A stretch of DNA of 26,102 nucleotides from Kofleriaceae bacterium (GCA_046597055.1 JBKJLC010000226.1:1-26102); one strand, 5' to 3'. Numbered from the stretch's first letter, positions 8,268 through 23,286 are shown. Numbers and translations: made by a program. The notes: a model not told the origin generated them from the letters alone.

Positions 8268-8828
8268 CTACCCGCGCATCGGCTTGAGCGCGGTCGCCCA
8301 GCGCAGCAGCTCGTCGAGCAACTTGGTGGCCGATGACGCGGCGGGGTCGGGCGGGGCGAACTTGCCATCGGTGATCTGCTTGGCGAAGAACGGGCACGAG
8401 ACCGCGTCGGGGATCGGCATCATCTTGAGCGTGGTCATCACCTGCTTGGCCATCTGGACCGAGCGGGTGCCGCCCGAGACGCCGCCATAGCTGACAAACG
8501 CGGCCGGCTTGTAGCCCCACTCGACGTAGAGGTAGTCGAGCGCGTTCAAGAGCGCCGGCGGCATGCCGAAGTTGTACTCGGGCACGACGAACACGTAGGC
8601 ATCGGCGCGGTCGACGATCGCGCTCCACGCCTTGGTGTGGGCGTGCTCGTACTGGCGCTTCATCGGGTGATTCGGTTCGTCGAGCAGCGGCAGGTTGACC
8701 TGCTTCAGATCGACCACCTCGACGGAGAACTTGCCGTGCGCGGTCGCGCGCTCGGCGAACCACTCGGCGACCGGCACGCCGGCGCGCTGGTCGCGGGTGC
8801 TGGTGATGACGATCTGCAGCGTCAGCAT
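8268..8828 (-). CDS. NADPH-dependent FMN reductase (flavodoxin-like fold)
   Basis: ITSTRDQRAG, ADAYVFVVPEYNFGMPPALLNALD, KPAAFVSYGGVSGG. Alternative starts at 8837 and 8846. Confidence 0.92.
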   Translation of the reverse strand: MLTLQIVITSTRDQRAGVPVAEWFAERATAHGKFSVEVVDLKQVNLPLLDEPNHPMKRQYEHAHTKAWSAIVDRADAYVFVVPEYNFGMPPALLNALDYLYVEWGYKPAAFVSYGGVSGGTRSVQMAKQVMTTLKMMPIPDAVSCPFFAKQITDGKFAPPDPAASSATKLLDELLRWATALKPMRG

Positions 8829-8916
8829 CGGGCCCATCCTTGGCATGACATCGGCCGATGATGCCATCGGTCTGCGAGCCGAGGTTGGCCGCGCGTGCGC
8901 CTCACCCCGCGCGCGA

Positions 8917-9906
8917 TCAGAAGTGGAGCCCGACGCTGGCGCCGGCGGTCGCGCCGGCCGGCGCCGGCAGCACCTCGACCCGACGCACGTCGAGCACGTA
9001 GGTGAGCACGGTCGCGACCGCGGCCACGCCGGCGACTCCGAACCCGACGCTGGTGAACCGCGCGTCGCGGTCGCCGCGCTCCTGGATCGCGATCGCCTCG
9101 TCGAAGGAGTGGGCGCTCGAGTCGGCGTTGAGCGCGGCCAGCTCGTCCTCGGCCTGCCCGACCCGGTACGCGAAGTAGCCGCCGGTGCCGGCGGCGACCA
9201 CGGTCAGCGCTGCCCAGGTCGGCCAGCGCACCACCGCGGGCAGGCGGTGGTGGACCCGCGTCCCGGGCTCCGCGGCGGGGCCGGCCGGCGGGGCGACCGC
9301 GCGGATCGCGGTGCCCGCGAAGGTCTCGCGCGACAGCACGTTGCCGCGGCCGTCGACGACGGTGACCTCGACGTCGATCGCGGCCGCGTCCGCGGCGGGC
9401 AAGACCGCGCGCGGGCCGGTGATGCCGACCTCGGAGCTGTCGCCCAGCCGCACCCGCATGCCGGCGACCAGCGCCAGCGGATCCTTGGCGGTCAGCTCGA
9501 TCCGGACCCGCTCGGCGTCGCGCGCGACCTCGATGTCGAGCGTGAAGCGGCCGAGGCGCCCGGCCTCGGCGCGGGCCGCGGTGAACGGCTCGACGATCTT
9601 GGGCGACAGGCCGGCGCGCAGCGTCGCCCCGGGCTCGAGCAGGATCCAGCGGACGAAGTGACCGCGAGCCGCGGTGGCGTCGCCCAGCGCGGCCGCGACC
9701 TCGCCGGCAAGGCGGTGGGCCCGGGCCAGCTCGGCGCGGTCGAGCCCGCCGGCGGCGAGCGCGGTCGCCAGCAGATCGCGCGCCGCCTCGTAGTCGATGT
9801 CGCCGATCGCCTGCTCGGCCTGATCGAGGACCGGCGCGCCGTCGGCCGCGGCCGATCCGGTCAGCGCGAGCAGCGCGACCGCCACCACCAGCCCGGCGCG
9901 GCTCAC
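8917..9906 (-). CDS. Exported TPR-like protein with C-terminal hydrophobic/membrane region ending in Phe
   Basis: GTG overlaps the kinase stop (GTGA); signal peptide SRAGLVVAVALLALTGSAAA; TPR-like helices; two hydrophobic segments; C-terminus GASVGLHF. Confidence 0.8.
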   Translation of the reverse strand: MSRAGLVVAVALLALTGSAAADGAPVLDQAEQAIGDIDYEAARDLLATALAAGGLDRAELARAHRLAGEVAAALGDATAARGHFVRWILLEPGATLRAGLSPKIVEPFTAARAEAGRLGRFTLDIEVARDAERVRIELTAKDPLALVAGMRVRLGDSSEVGITGPRAVLPAADAAAIDVEVTVVDGRGNVLSRETFAGTAIRAVAPPAGPAAEPGTRVHHRLPAVVRWPTWAALTVVAAGTGGYFAYRVGQAEDELAALNADSSAHSFDEAIAIQERGDRDARFTSVGFGVAGVAAVATVLTYVLDVRRVEVLPAPAGATAGASVGLHF

Positions 9907-11714
9907 CAGGTCACCTTGCGGCGCAGGGTCGCGCCCGGAGCAACCTCCACCCGGAGCGTGCGGGTCTTGCCGTCGGCGGCGACCGCCTTCAGCAGGTGGC
10001 CGCCGGACGGCACCGACAGGCCGATGATCGGCGTGACGCCCAGCTTCTTGCCGTCGAGGTAGATCGTCGCCCACGGGTCGGCGTCGACCGTGAGCCGCCC
10101 GGGCTTGGCCACGGCCACTCGGGGCGGCCGATCGCGGACCGGACGCACTGTCCGGGGCCCGGACGCGGACGCGGGGCCGGTGCCCGCGGCCGGGCCCGGA
10201 TCGGTGCCCGCGGCCGGGCCCGGATCGGCGCCCGCGGCCGAGCCGGTCTCCGTGTCCGCGCCGACCGGCGGCGCGATCGCGACCACCACCGGCGCCACGT
10301 CGACCACGCCACCGCCGGCCGAGCTGCCCCGGTCGGGGCTGCCCGACGGCGCGGCCAGCGGCCGTCGTTCGGTGATCTTCACCGCAACCGCGCCGCTCAT
10401 CGCCGCGACGCACAGGAGGCCCGCCACCAGCCAGGGGCCGCGGGCCGGCTGAGCGCGCATGCCGACCGCCAGCACCGCCGGCTCGGACGCCGCATCGATC
10501 ACGCCGGTGGCGCTGTGGTGGCCGTGCTCGATCTCGATCTCGGGCGAGGTGTCGATCGACGCGGCGGTGACCGACGGTGAGCGCAGCCCCGGGCCGCGGT
10601 CAGCGGCGGTCGCCGCGGTCGACGGCCGGCGACGCGGCTCGTCCTGACCAGGCACGGGGTGCCGGTCGGGCGACGCCAGCAACGGCTGGGTCTCCTCGGC
10701 GCGCAGCGGCAGCCGGTCGACCACCTCCGACTCGTTCGAGCCCTCGTCGTTCTCGAAGCGCCGGTCGTTGGCGCGCACCTCGAGCAGGCAGCGCTCCCAC
10801 ACCAGCTGGGTGATGTCCTCGGCCGGCGCCATCGTCGACGGCGCCATCGCCTCGATCAGCGCCTTGCGCAGCTCGCCCGCGGTCGCGATGCGATCGTCGC
10901 GCTCGGCGGTCATCGCACGCATCAGGACCGCGTCGAGCCGAGGCGCGACCACGCCGACGGTGGCCAGGCCAGGGACCCGCGCGTTGCGGATGCCGTCGAC
11001 CGCCGCGGCCGGACCGCCGCCCCCGAACAGCCGACGGCCGGCCAGCATCTCCCACAGCACGACCGCGAGCGACCACACGTCGCTGCGCCGATCGAGCGGC
11101 ATCGCCGCCAGCTGCTCGGGGGACATGTACGTGAGCTTGCCCTTGACCTTGCCCTCCTCGGTCCGCTCGCTGATGCCGTCGTCGACCTTGGCGATGCCAA
11201 AGTCGAGCACCTTGAGGATGCCCTCGACCGTGACGAACAGGTTGTGTGGGGACACGTCGCGATGGACCAGCCCGAGCAGGTTGCCGCCGGTGTCGCGCTG
11301 CTCGTGCGCGTAGTGCAGCCCCTCGCACGCCTGCGCGATCAGCGAGACCGCGATCGCCGGTGGGATCCGGCCGCCGTCGCGCAGGATCGAGCTCAGCGAG
11401 GCGCCGCGCAGGTACTCCATCGCGATGTAGTACTCACCCCCGACCTGACCGAGCTCGAACACCGAGCAGACGTTGGCGTGCGAGAGGCGCGCGGCGACCC
11501 GCGCCTCGGTCATGAGCATCTTGAGAAACGTCGGGTTCTCGGCCAGCTCGGGCAAGACCCGCTTGATCACCATCGGCTTCACGAAGCCGCCCTGGCCGAG
11601 CAGCTGCGCGGCCCAGACCTCGGCCATGCCGCCGGCCGCGAGCCGACCGCACAGGCGATAGCGCCCGAACATCGCGTCGCGCTCCGAGGTGCGCTGTTGA
11701 GGCTGTCGACTCAT
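9903..11714 (-). CDS. Membrane Ser/Thr protein kinase (Hanks type) with C-terminal PEGA-like domain
   Basis: AGGMAEVW, VIK, HRDVSPHN, DFG, YMSPE; TM segment WLVAGLLCVAAMSGAVAV; GRLTVDADPWATIYLDGKKLGVTP. Start at 11714 or 11672. Confidence 0.93.
   Translation of the reverse strand: MSRQPQQRTSERDAMFGRYRLCGRLAAGGMAEVWAAQLLGQGGFVKPMVIKRVLPELAENPTFLKMLMTEARVAARLSHANVCSVFELGQVGGEYYIAMEYLRGASLSSILRDGGRIPPAIAVSLIAQACEGLHYAHEQRDTGGNLLGLVHRDVSPHNLFVTVEGILKVLDFGIAKVDDGISERTEEGKVKGKLTYMSPEQLAAMPLDRRSDVWSLAVVLWEMLAGRRLFGGGGPAAAVDGIRNARVPGLATVGVVAPRLDAVLMRAMTAERDDRIATAGELRKALIEAMAPSTMAPAEDITQLVWERCLLEVRANDRRFENDEGSNESEVVDRLPLRAEETQPLLASPDRHPVPGQDEPRRRPSTAATAADRGPGLRSPSVTAASIDTSPEIEIEHGHHSATGVIDAASEPAVLAVGMRAQPARGPWLVAGLLCVAAMSGAVAVKITERRPLAAPSGSPDRGSSAGGGVVDVAPVVVAIAPPVGADTETGSAAGADPGPAAGTDPGPAAGTGPASASGPRTVRPVRDRPPRVAVAKPGRLTVDADPWATIYLDGKKLGVTPIIGLSVPSGGHLLKAVAADGKTRTLRVEVAPGATLRRKVTW
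10178..10246. repeat. 24-bp in-frame tandem repeat (2 perfect + 1 degenerate copy) in kinase linker
   Basis: CGGTGCCCGCGGCCGGGCCCGGAT at 10178-10201 and 10202-10225, with a partial third copy; encodes AAG(A/T)DPGP repeats. Confidence 0.85.
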
Positions 11715-11864
11715 CCCGTCACGAGGACGCCGGCGCGTCCCGACCTGGCATGTTCCGGTGTGACTGGTCACCTGGCAAGCGAAACCCGGCCAGTGTTGTG
11801 TCTTTTGCCGTACGGCGGAGAGCGGCCTTGTATCCCACCCACCCCTCCGAGGGACACTCCGCGA

Positions 11865-13223
11865 GTGATCCGCTTGCTCGTCGCCGGAGCCATGATGCTC
11901 ACGGCCTGCAGCCTCGGCGGCGACTTCGGCGGCACGCGCTATCAGTGCGGCGCCGGCGGCCGCTGTCCCGACGGCCAGGCCTGCATCGCAGGCTTCTGCG
12001 AGGTTGGCGACTCCGATGCTCCGATTGGCACAGATGACGGCGGTGACGGCGGTGTCGGTGATGGCGGTGTCGAGGCGCGGGTGTGTGGAAGCCTCTCACT
12101 GCTGAGCGACCCGTTCGAGGATGGGGTCGCGCCACCTTGGTTCGAGCGCTTCGAGGAAACCGGGGTCACGGTCACCGAGACCGGGGGCCAGCTGGTGGTG
12201 GCGCTCGCCGCCGGCACCGGCGACGCCTACGGGGGCTACCGTTCGACCCACTACTACGACCTCACCTCCGGCGTGTTCGAGACCAAGGTCGGCCAGCTCG
12301 GCGGCGTCCACACCATCCTCGAGATCCGCGACCACCAGGACCGCGTGGTCCAGCTCACGGTCGAGGGCGCGTCGATGTTCGCGGCGGTGTACAACGTACC
12401 GGGTGCCGGGATCCGCCGGACCATCCCGTACGACCCGGCCCACACCTACTGGCGGCTCCGGGTCACCGGCCCGACCCTGTTCTGGGAGACGTCCGCAAAC
12501 CGGACGACCTGGAACCTGCTGCACTCGGAGCTGATCCCGTTCGACCTCCGCCACGTCCGCGGCGTGCTGGCGGCTGGCGTCCGGATCGCGACCGCGTCGC
12601 AGGCGCGGTTCGACGACGTCAACCTGGCGGTGGCAGCCGGCCCCGGCTATTGCTCGGCCAGCACGTTGGTCGACGACTTCGCGGCCGCCCCGTTCGAACC
12701 GTTGTGGAGCTCCTACGCCAACCCCGGCTGCACGATCAGCGAGACCGGGGGCAAGGCGGTGATGACCTTCACCGGCATCGGCAGCGTGTTCTGCGGCCTG
12801 GTCGCGCGCCACCTGTTCGACCTGCGCGAAGGCGAGGTCGTGATCGACTCGATCGACCTGCCGAGCCGGACCAACTTCGTCACGTACCTGCAGGTGGTGT
12901 CCCCCTTCACCAGCGAGAGCCGGGTCGAGGCCACCCTCGACGGCGGCACCTTCCGCGCCGTCAACCGGCGCAACGGCGTCGATGGCCCGAGCGTGGCGGT
13001 GCCCTACGACCGGGTGATGCGCCGCTACTGGCGCATCCGCGGCGTCGGCAACCAGCTCGAGGTCGGCACCTCGCCCGACAAGGTTGGCTGGACCACCCAC
13101 CTGACCGTCACCCCAGGTTTCGATCCCGCCGTGTCGGTCATCAGCTACGGCGCCGGTCACTACGCGTCGGTGGCCCCCACCGGGACCGTGATGGCGCAGC
13201 TCCCCGGCCTCAACGCGCCGTAG
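11865..13223 (+). CDS. Putative lipoprotein with Cys-rich N-terminal module and two tandem beta-rich (ConA/LamG-like) domains
   Basis: GTG start, hydrophobic leader with lipobox LTA-C, CxxxxxCxxxxxCxxxxC module, DGG linker; internal duplication (ETGG...YDL/FDL...YWRLR/YWRIR...TS...W). The fold assignment is inference. Confidence 0.8.
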   Translation: MIRLLVAGAMMLTACSLGGDFGGTRYQCGAGGRCPDGQACIAGFCEVGDSDAPIGTDDGGDGGVGDGGVEARVCGSLSLLSDPFEDGVAPPWFERFEETGVTVTETGGQLVVALAAGTGDAYGGYRSTHYYDLTSGVFETKVGQLGGVHTILEIRDHQDRVVQLTVEGASMFAAVYNVPGAGIRRTIPYDPAHTYWRLRVTGPTLFWETSANRTTWNLLHSELIPFDLRHVRGVLAAGVRIATASQARFDDVNLAVAAGPGYCSASTLVDDFAAAPFEPLWSSYANPGCTISETGGKAVMTFTGIGSVFCGLVARHLFDLREGEVVIDSIDLPSRTNFVTYLQVVSPFTSESRVEATLDGGTFRAVNRRNGVDGPSVAVPYDRVMRRYWRIRGVGNQLEVGTSPDKVGWTTHLTVTPGFDPAVSVISYGAGHYASVAPTGTVMAQLPGLNAP

Positions 13224-13232
13224 CGCGGGCGG

Positions 13233-13619
13233 TCACGACACCCGGGTCGCGGGCCGGCCGAGCAGCTGGTCGAGCTCCCCCGACGTCATCAGCGCCTGCA
13301 GATCGTCGAAGCCGCCGATCAGCACGCCCTTGACGAAGATCATCGGCAGCGTCGGCCACCCGCTCCACATCTTGAGCGCGGTGCGCCGCCGCCAGGTGTT
13401 CAGGTAGCTGCCGTACTCGAGGTAGTGGAACCGGATCCCGGCAGCGGTGAGCGCCTTGCGCGCCTTGCGCGGGAACGGGTTCTGTTTCATGCCGACCATC
13501 ACCACGTCGTGCGCTGCGATCGCGGCGATCACCTCGTCGACGACGTCGCGGTGACTGCTGGCGACCTTGGCGCGGATCGCCGGGTGGAGCTGGTTCTCGT
13601 CGAGGATGGCGCGGGGCAT
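13233..13619 (-). CDS. Glutaredoxin-fold protein lacking cysteine
   Basis: [18 protein letters not shown] is the monothiol-Grx-like cis-Pro/GG signature; the active-site position reads QNPFP. Confidence 0.85.
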   Translation of the reverse strand: MPRAILDENQLHPAIRAKVASSHRDVVDEVIAAIAAHDVVMVGMKQNPFPRKARKALTAAGIRFHYLEYGSYLNTWRRRTALKMWSGWPTLPMIFVKGVLIGGFDDLQALMTSGELDQLLGRPATRVS

Positions 13620-13657
13620 GGTGGACCTTACTCCGTCGCGATGCCATCGTGGCAGTC

Positions 13658-15412
13658 ATGAGCGCCAGCCCCGCCCGCCATGGCGGCACGATCATCGCCG
13701 ACGTCCTCGCGCGCCACGGCGTCACCCACCTGTTCGCGCTGTGCGGCGGCCACATCTCGCCGATCCTCACCGGTGCGCAGGGCCGCGGCCTCCGGGTGAT
13801 CGACGTCCGCGACGAGGGCAACGCGGTGTTCGCGGCCGACGCGGTCGCGCGCATGACCGGCACGATCGGCGTCGCCGCGGTCACCGCCGGGCCCGGCGTG
13901 ACCAACACGGTCACCGCGCTCAAGAACGCGCAGATGGCGCAGACGCCGCTGCTGCTGCTCGGCGGCGCCACCGCGACCTTGCTCAAGGGCCGCGGCTCGC
14001 TGCAGGACATCGATCAGCTCTCGATCATGAAGCCGCTCACCAAGTGGGCCACGACGATCAAGTCGGTCACCGGGATCGCCGGCACCATCGAGCGCGCGAT
14101 CGCGGTGGCGACCTCGGGCGTGCCGGGCCCGGTCTTCGTCGAGGTCCCGGTCGACCTGCTGTATCCCGAGGAGATGGTGCGCGCGATGTACGCGAAGGAG
14201 GTCGGGCTCGGCAAGGGCAAGGGCCTGGCCGCCCGCGCGCTCGAGCTGTACGTGCGCGGCCATCTGTACCGGCAGTTCAAGGTGCCGGCGCTGCCCGACC
14301 TCGACTTCCCCGAGGTCCGGCTGCCGACCTTGCGCACCGCGGTCGACACCATGGGCGCGGCCGCCCGCGCGCTGCGCGGCGCCGAGCGGCCGGTGATCGT
14401 GGTCGGCAGCCAGGCGATGGTCGGCGTGCGCGAGCCCGAGCGGATCGCGGCCGCGCTGCGCGCGCTGGGCGCGCCGGTCTACCTGGCCGGCGGCGCCCGC
14501 GGCCTGCTCGGCCGCCACGATCTGCTGCAGCTCCGCCACGCCCGCGGCGCCGCGCTGAAGGAGGCCGACGTGGTCGTGGTGTGCGGCTTCCCGTTCGACT
14601 TCCGGCTCGGCTACGGCCGCACCATCGGCCGCGGCGCGACGGTCGTCACCGCCAACCTGTCGCCGGGCGAGATGAAGAAGAACCGCCGACCCCAGGTCGC
14701 GGTGGAGATGCACCCGGGGGAGTTCCTGATCGCGCTGGCCAGCCAGGCCGGCGGCGGCGCCACCCGCGCATCGTGGTTCGAGACCCTGCGCGGGCGCGAG
14801 GCCGCGCGCGACGAGGAGATCGCGACCAAGTCAGCGCCGGCCGGCGACCGGGTCGATCCGATCCACTTCTTCCTCCGGCTCGAGGAGCAGATGGCGAGTG
14901 ACGCGATCCTGGTCGTCGATGGCGGCGACTTCGTCGCGACCGCCAGCTACATCGTGCGGCCGCGCGCGCCGCTGTCCTGGCTCGATCCCGGCGTGTTCGG
15001 CACCCTCGGGGTCGGCGGTGGCTTCGCGCTGGGCGCGGCCCTGGCCCGGCCTGGACGCGAGGTCTGGCTGCTCTGGGGCGACGGCTCGAGCGCGTACTCG
15101 CTGGCGGAGTTCGACTCATTCGTGCGCCACGGCGTCGCGCCGATCGCGGTGATCGGCAACGACGCGTCGTGGGCCCAGATCGCGCGCGAGCAGGTCGAGA
15201 TGCTCGGCACCGCGCTCGGCACCGAGCTGCGCCGCACCGACTACCACCGGGTCGCAGAGGGCTACGGCGGCGTCGGCCTGGTGCTGTCGGACCCGATCCG
15301 GATCGACGAAACCCTCGCCGAGGCGCAGCGCATCGCGCGCGGCGGCCGGCCGGTCTGCATCAACGTCCACCTGCGGTCGACCGACTTCCGAAAAGGCTCG
15401 ATGTCGATGTGA
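13658..15412 (+). CDS. ThDP-dependent enzyme, ILVBL/2-hydroxyacyl-CoA lyase 2 (acetolactate synthase-like) family
   Basis: [40 protein letters not shown], ThDP motif GDG...ND, C-terminal [10 protein letters not shown]; closely resembles ILVBL motifs as I recall them. Confidence 0.88.
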   Translation: MSASPARHGGTIIADVLARHGVTHLFALCGGHISPILTGAQGRGLRVIDVRDEGNAVFAADAVARMTGTIGVAAVTAGPGVTNTVTALKNAQMAQTPLLLLGGATATLLKGRGSLQDIDQLSIMKPLTKWATTIKSVTGIAGTIERAIAVATSGVPGPVFVEVPVDLLYPEEMVRAMYAKEVGLGKGKGLAARALELYVRGHLYRQFKVPALPDLDFPEVRLPTLRTAVDTMGAAARALRGAERPVIVVGSQAMVGVREPERIAAALRALGAPVYLAGGARGLLGRHDLLQLRHARGAALKEADVVVVCGFPFDFRLGYGRTIGRGATVVTANLSPGEMKKNRRPQVAVEMHPGEFLIALASQAGGGATRASWFETLRGREAARDEEIATKSAPAGDRVDPIHFFLRLEEQMASDAILVVDGGDFVATASYIVRPRAPLSWLDPGVFGTLGVGGGFALGAALARPGREVWLLWGDGSSAYSLAEFDSFVRHGVAPIAVIGNDASWAQIAREQVEMLGTALGTELRRTDYHRVAEGYGGVGLVLSDPIRIDETLAEAQRIARGGRPVCINVHLRSTDFRKGSMSM

Positions 15413-15490
15413 ATGAGCGCGCCCACGGCCGTGAGCAATCACCTGAATAAAGCTGACGCCGGTGTGGCCCTCCCGCACACATCCTGCGGC

Positions 15491-15507
15491 CAACGGTCCG
15501 ACCGTTG
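15491..15507. promoter_or_regulatory. Perfect 8-1-8 palindrome upstream of kinase gene
   Basis: CAACGGTC-C-GACCGTTG in the intergenic region. Confidence 0.4.
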
Positions 15508-15585
15508 CGCAAGGTGGCACTCCCGATCGTGATGCGATCATATGGTGCTTGACCCGATGGGTGTGTGTTGAGGAAGGTTCGAGGC

Positions 15586-17652
<2,067 letters not shown>

Positions 17653-17658
<6 letters not shown>

Positions 17659-17715
17659 CGCCGACTGACGCCGACTGACGCCGACTGACGCCGGCTGACG
17701 CCGACTGACGCCGAC
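17653..17715. repeat. 10-bp tandem repeat (GACTGACGCC)x6
   Basis: Six units from 17653 (fifth unit GGCTGACGCC); includes the kinase stop codon and fills most of the convergent gap. Confidence 0.92.
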
Positions 17716-17732
17716 CGCCGCGGACCGCCGCG

Positions 17733-21569
<3,837 letters not shown>

Positions 21570-21657
21570 CCCTGCCCAGTATCTGCCAGCCCGGCGCATG
21601 GGTCACGTTCCGTCTCGGATCGCCGTCAGGTGTGCGAGAGGGTGGCTTGACCTGCGA

Positions 21658-21750
21658 CCGGCGGTGGGCTTCGATATCCCAGCCGGCCGCCGGGAGTCAC
21701 CCGGCGACTGGCCCCTCGGCTCGACCAGGCCCACCGCCGGCCCACGTTTT
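21658..21750 (+). other. Long imperfect stem-loop followed by T-run upstream of DUF4202 gene
   Basis: CCGGCGGTGGGC (21658-21669) pairs with GCCCACCGCCGG (21729-21740). Inner stem 21682-21694/21700-21712; TTTT at 21747-21750. Confidence 0.45.
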
Positions 21751-21773
21751 CACCATCCGCCTCCGCCGTGACC

Positions 21774-22385
21774 ATGAACGAACGCCTTGCTCGTGCACTC
21801 GCCGCCATCGACGCCGCGAACGCGGAGGATCCCAGCACGATCGTGCTCGACGATCGCCCGGTCGCGCGCGAGCTCGTCTACGGCCAGCGCATGAGCGCCT
21901 GGCTCGACCGCCTGGCGCCCGACGCGTCCGAGGCGCTGCGGATCGCGGTCCGCGCGCAGCACATCCGGCGCTGGCAGGTGCCGCGGGCCTCCTACCCGGA
22001 GGGCCGCACCGGCTACAAGCGATGGCGCAGCGACCTCGCGCGCAAGCACGCCGACCTGGCGGCCGGCATCGCCGTCGACGCCGGCTACGACGACGCGACC
22101 GGCGCGCGCATCGGCGACCTGATCCAGAAGCGCGGCCTGCGCACCGATCCGGAGACCCAGACGCTCGAGGATGTCGCCTGTCTCGTGTTCCTCGAGCACT
22201 ACCTGGGCGAGCTCGCCGCCAAGCACGACCGCGCCAAGGTGATCGACATCCTGCGCAAGACCTGGCCCAAGATGTCAGCGCACGGCCACGCGGCCGCGCT
22301 CGGCCTCGCCCTCGACGACGCGCAGCGCGCCCTGGTCCACGACGCGCTCGCCTCCGCGCCGGCATCCGACCACGCGGACGAGTGA
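21774..22385 (+). CDS. DUF4202 domain-containing protein
   Basis: IDAANAEDP, ELVYGQRM, RAQHIRRW..PR..YP.GR.GY..WR, QTLEDVACLVFL, KTWPKMS. Confidence 0.88.
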   Translation: MNERLARALAAIDAANAEDPSTIVLDDRPVARELVYGQRMSAWLDRLAPDASEALRIAVRAQHIRRWQVPRASYPEGRTGYKRWRSDLARKHADLAAGIAVDAGYDDATGARIGDLIQKRGLRTDPETQTLEDVACLVFLEHYLGELAAKHDRAKVIDILRKTWPKMSAHGHAAALGLALDDAQRALVHDALASAPASDHADE

Positions 22386-22424
22386 CCCGGTCCCGCCCGG
22401 CCCGGCCCGGCCCGGCCGCGGGTG

Positions 22425-22438
22425 TGAAACATGTTCTA
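22425..22438. promoter_or_regulatory. KstR-type operator TnnAACnnGTTnnA
   Basis: TGAAACATGTTCTA matches the consensus exactly and ends 8 bp before the GTG start of the thioesterase. Confidence 0.55.
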
Positions 22439-22446
22439 CTTGCCGG

Positions 22447-23067
22447 GTGACCCAAGCCTCCGATGACGATGGGAAGCGGGAGCTCCACCGGCTTGCGAAC
22501 GCGCTGCGCAGGCTCGTCGAGTCCTCGGTGGCGCTCACCGCGCCGCTGCCGGCCCTGACCGCGCTGGCCGACGAAGCGGAGGCGCTGGAGGTGCGGGCCC
22601 GCGCGTTCGCCGGCACCCGCCCGTTCCCGCGCTACGCCGCGCCGGTCGACGGCGACCTGAACACCATCTTGCCGTGGGGCGTGATCAGCGGCCCCTACAA
22701 CCCGCTCGCAGCCCCGGTGGCGATGAGCATGGTCGACGGCAAGGCGATCGGGACGGTGCGCTTCGGGCTCGCCTACGAAGGCCCGCCCGGCGGCGTGCAC
22801 GGCGGGGTGGTGGCGGCCGTGTGGGACCAGGTCCTCGCGTTCGCGTGCATGCTCCAGGGGACGCCCGGGCACACCGCCACGCTGACCACCCACTTCCGGG
22901 CGCTCACGCCGCTGCACGAGGCGCTGCGCTTCGAGGCGTGGGTGGATCGCACCGACGGGCGCCGCGTCTACGCGGTCGGCCGCTGCCACGCGGCCGGCAC
23001 GCTGGTGAGCGAGGCCGACGGGCTGTTCATCCGGTTCCGCGACGGCCTGGCCCCGCCGGGCGTGTGA
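22447..23067 (+). CDS. PaaI family (hotdog-fold) thioesterase
   Basis: GPYNPLAAP, FGLAYEGPPGGVHGGVVAAVWDQ, TATLTTHFRALTPL, SEADGLF. Confidence 0.88.
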   Translation: MTQASDDDGKRELHRLANALRRLVESSVALTAPLPALTALADEAEALEVRARAFAGTRPFPRYAAPVDGDLNTILPWGVISGPYNPLAAPVAMSMVDGKAIGTVRFGLAYEGPPGGVHGGVVAAVWDQVLAFACMLQGTPGHTATLTTHFRALTPLHEALRFEAWVDRTDGRRVYAVGRCHAAGTLVSEADGLFIRFRDGLAPPGV

Positions 23068-23094
23068 CCGCGCCGGCAGGTCGAGCTGCCCGCG

Positions 23095-23124
23095 CGCGGG
23101 CGGGCTCGCGGGCCCGCCCGCGTT
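23095..23124 (+). terminator. GC-rich hairpin, probable terminator of thioesterase transcript
   Basis: CGCGGGCGGGC (23095-23105) and GCCCGCCCGCG (23112-23122) form a perfect 11-bp stem 27 bp after the stop; the U-tract is weak. Confidence 0.5.
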
Positions 23125-23286
23125 CCGACCCAGGAGCCTGTCCCCTGTTGGCGGGTTTTCTTTGACGATGGGACCTTGCACAAGTTTCGCAGCCTTAGAA
23201 CCCGCCGCGACCCGTCTGAGGCCGTCCAGTTCCGTTCCGCGTGGCAGCGCCGTGGCAGCACGATTCTGACACCACACCCCTAGTAT

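Noticed and set aside
11760..11771. GTGAC-TG-GTCAC dyad as CRP/FNR site
   Set aside because: Spacing does not match TGTGA-N6-TCACA, and the short dyad could be chance.
22396..22415. (CCCGG)x4 microsatellite
   Set aside because: Short low-complexity run expected in very GC-rich DNA; no function evident.
23122..23138. GTTCCGACCCAGGAGCC as a tRNA 3'-end/att remnant
   Set aside because: T-arm spacing does not fit, there is no TTCGA loop or CCA, and no upstream cloverleaf; too weak to call.
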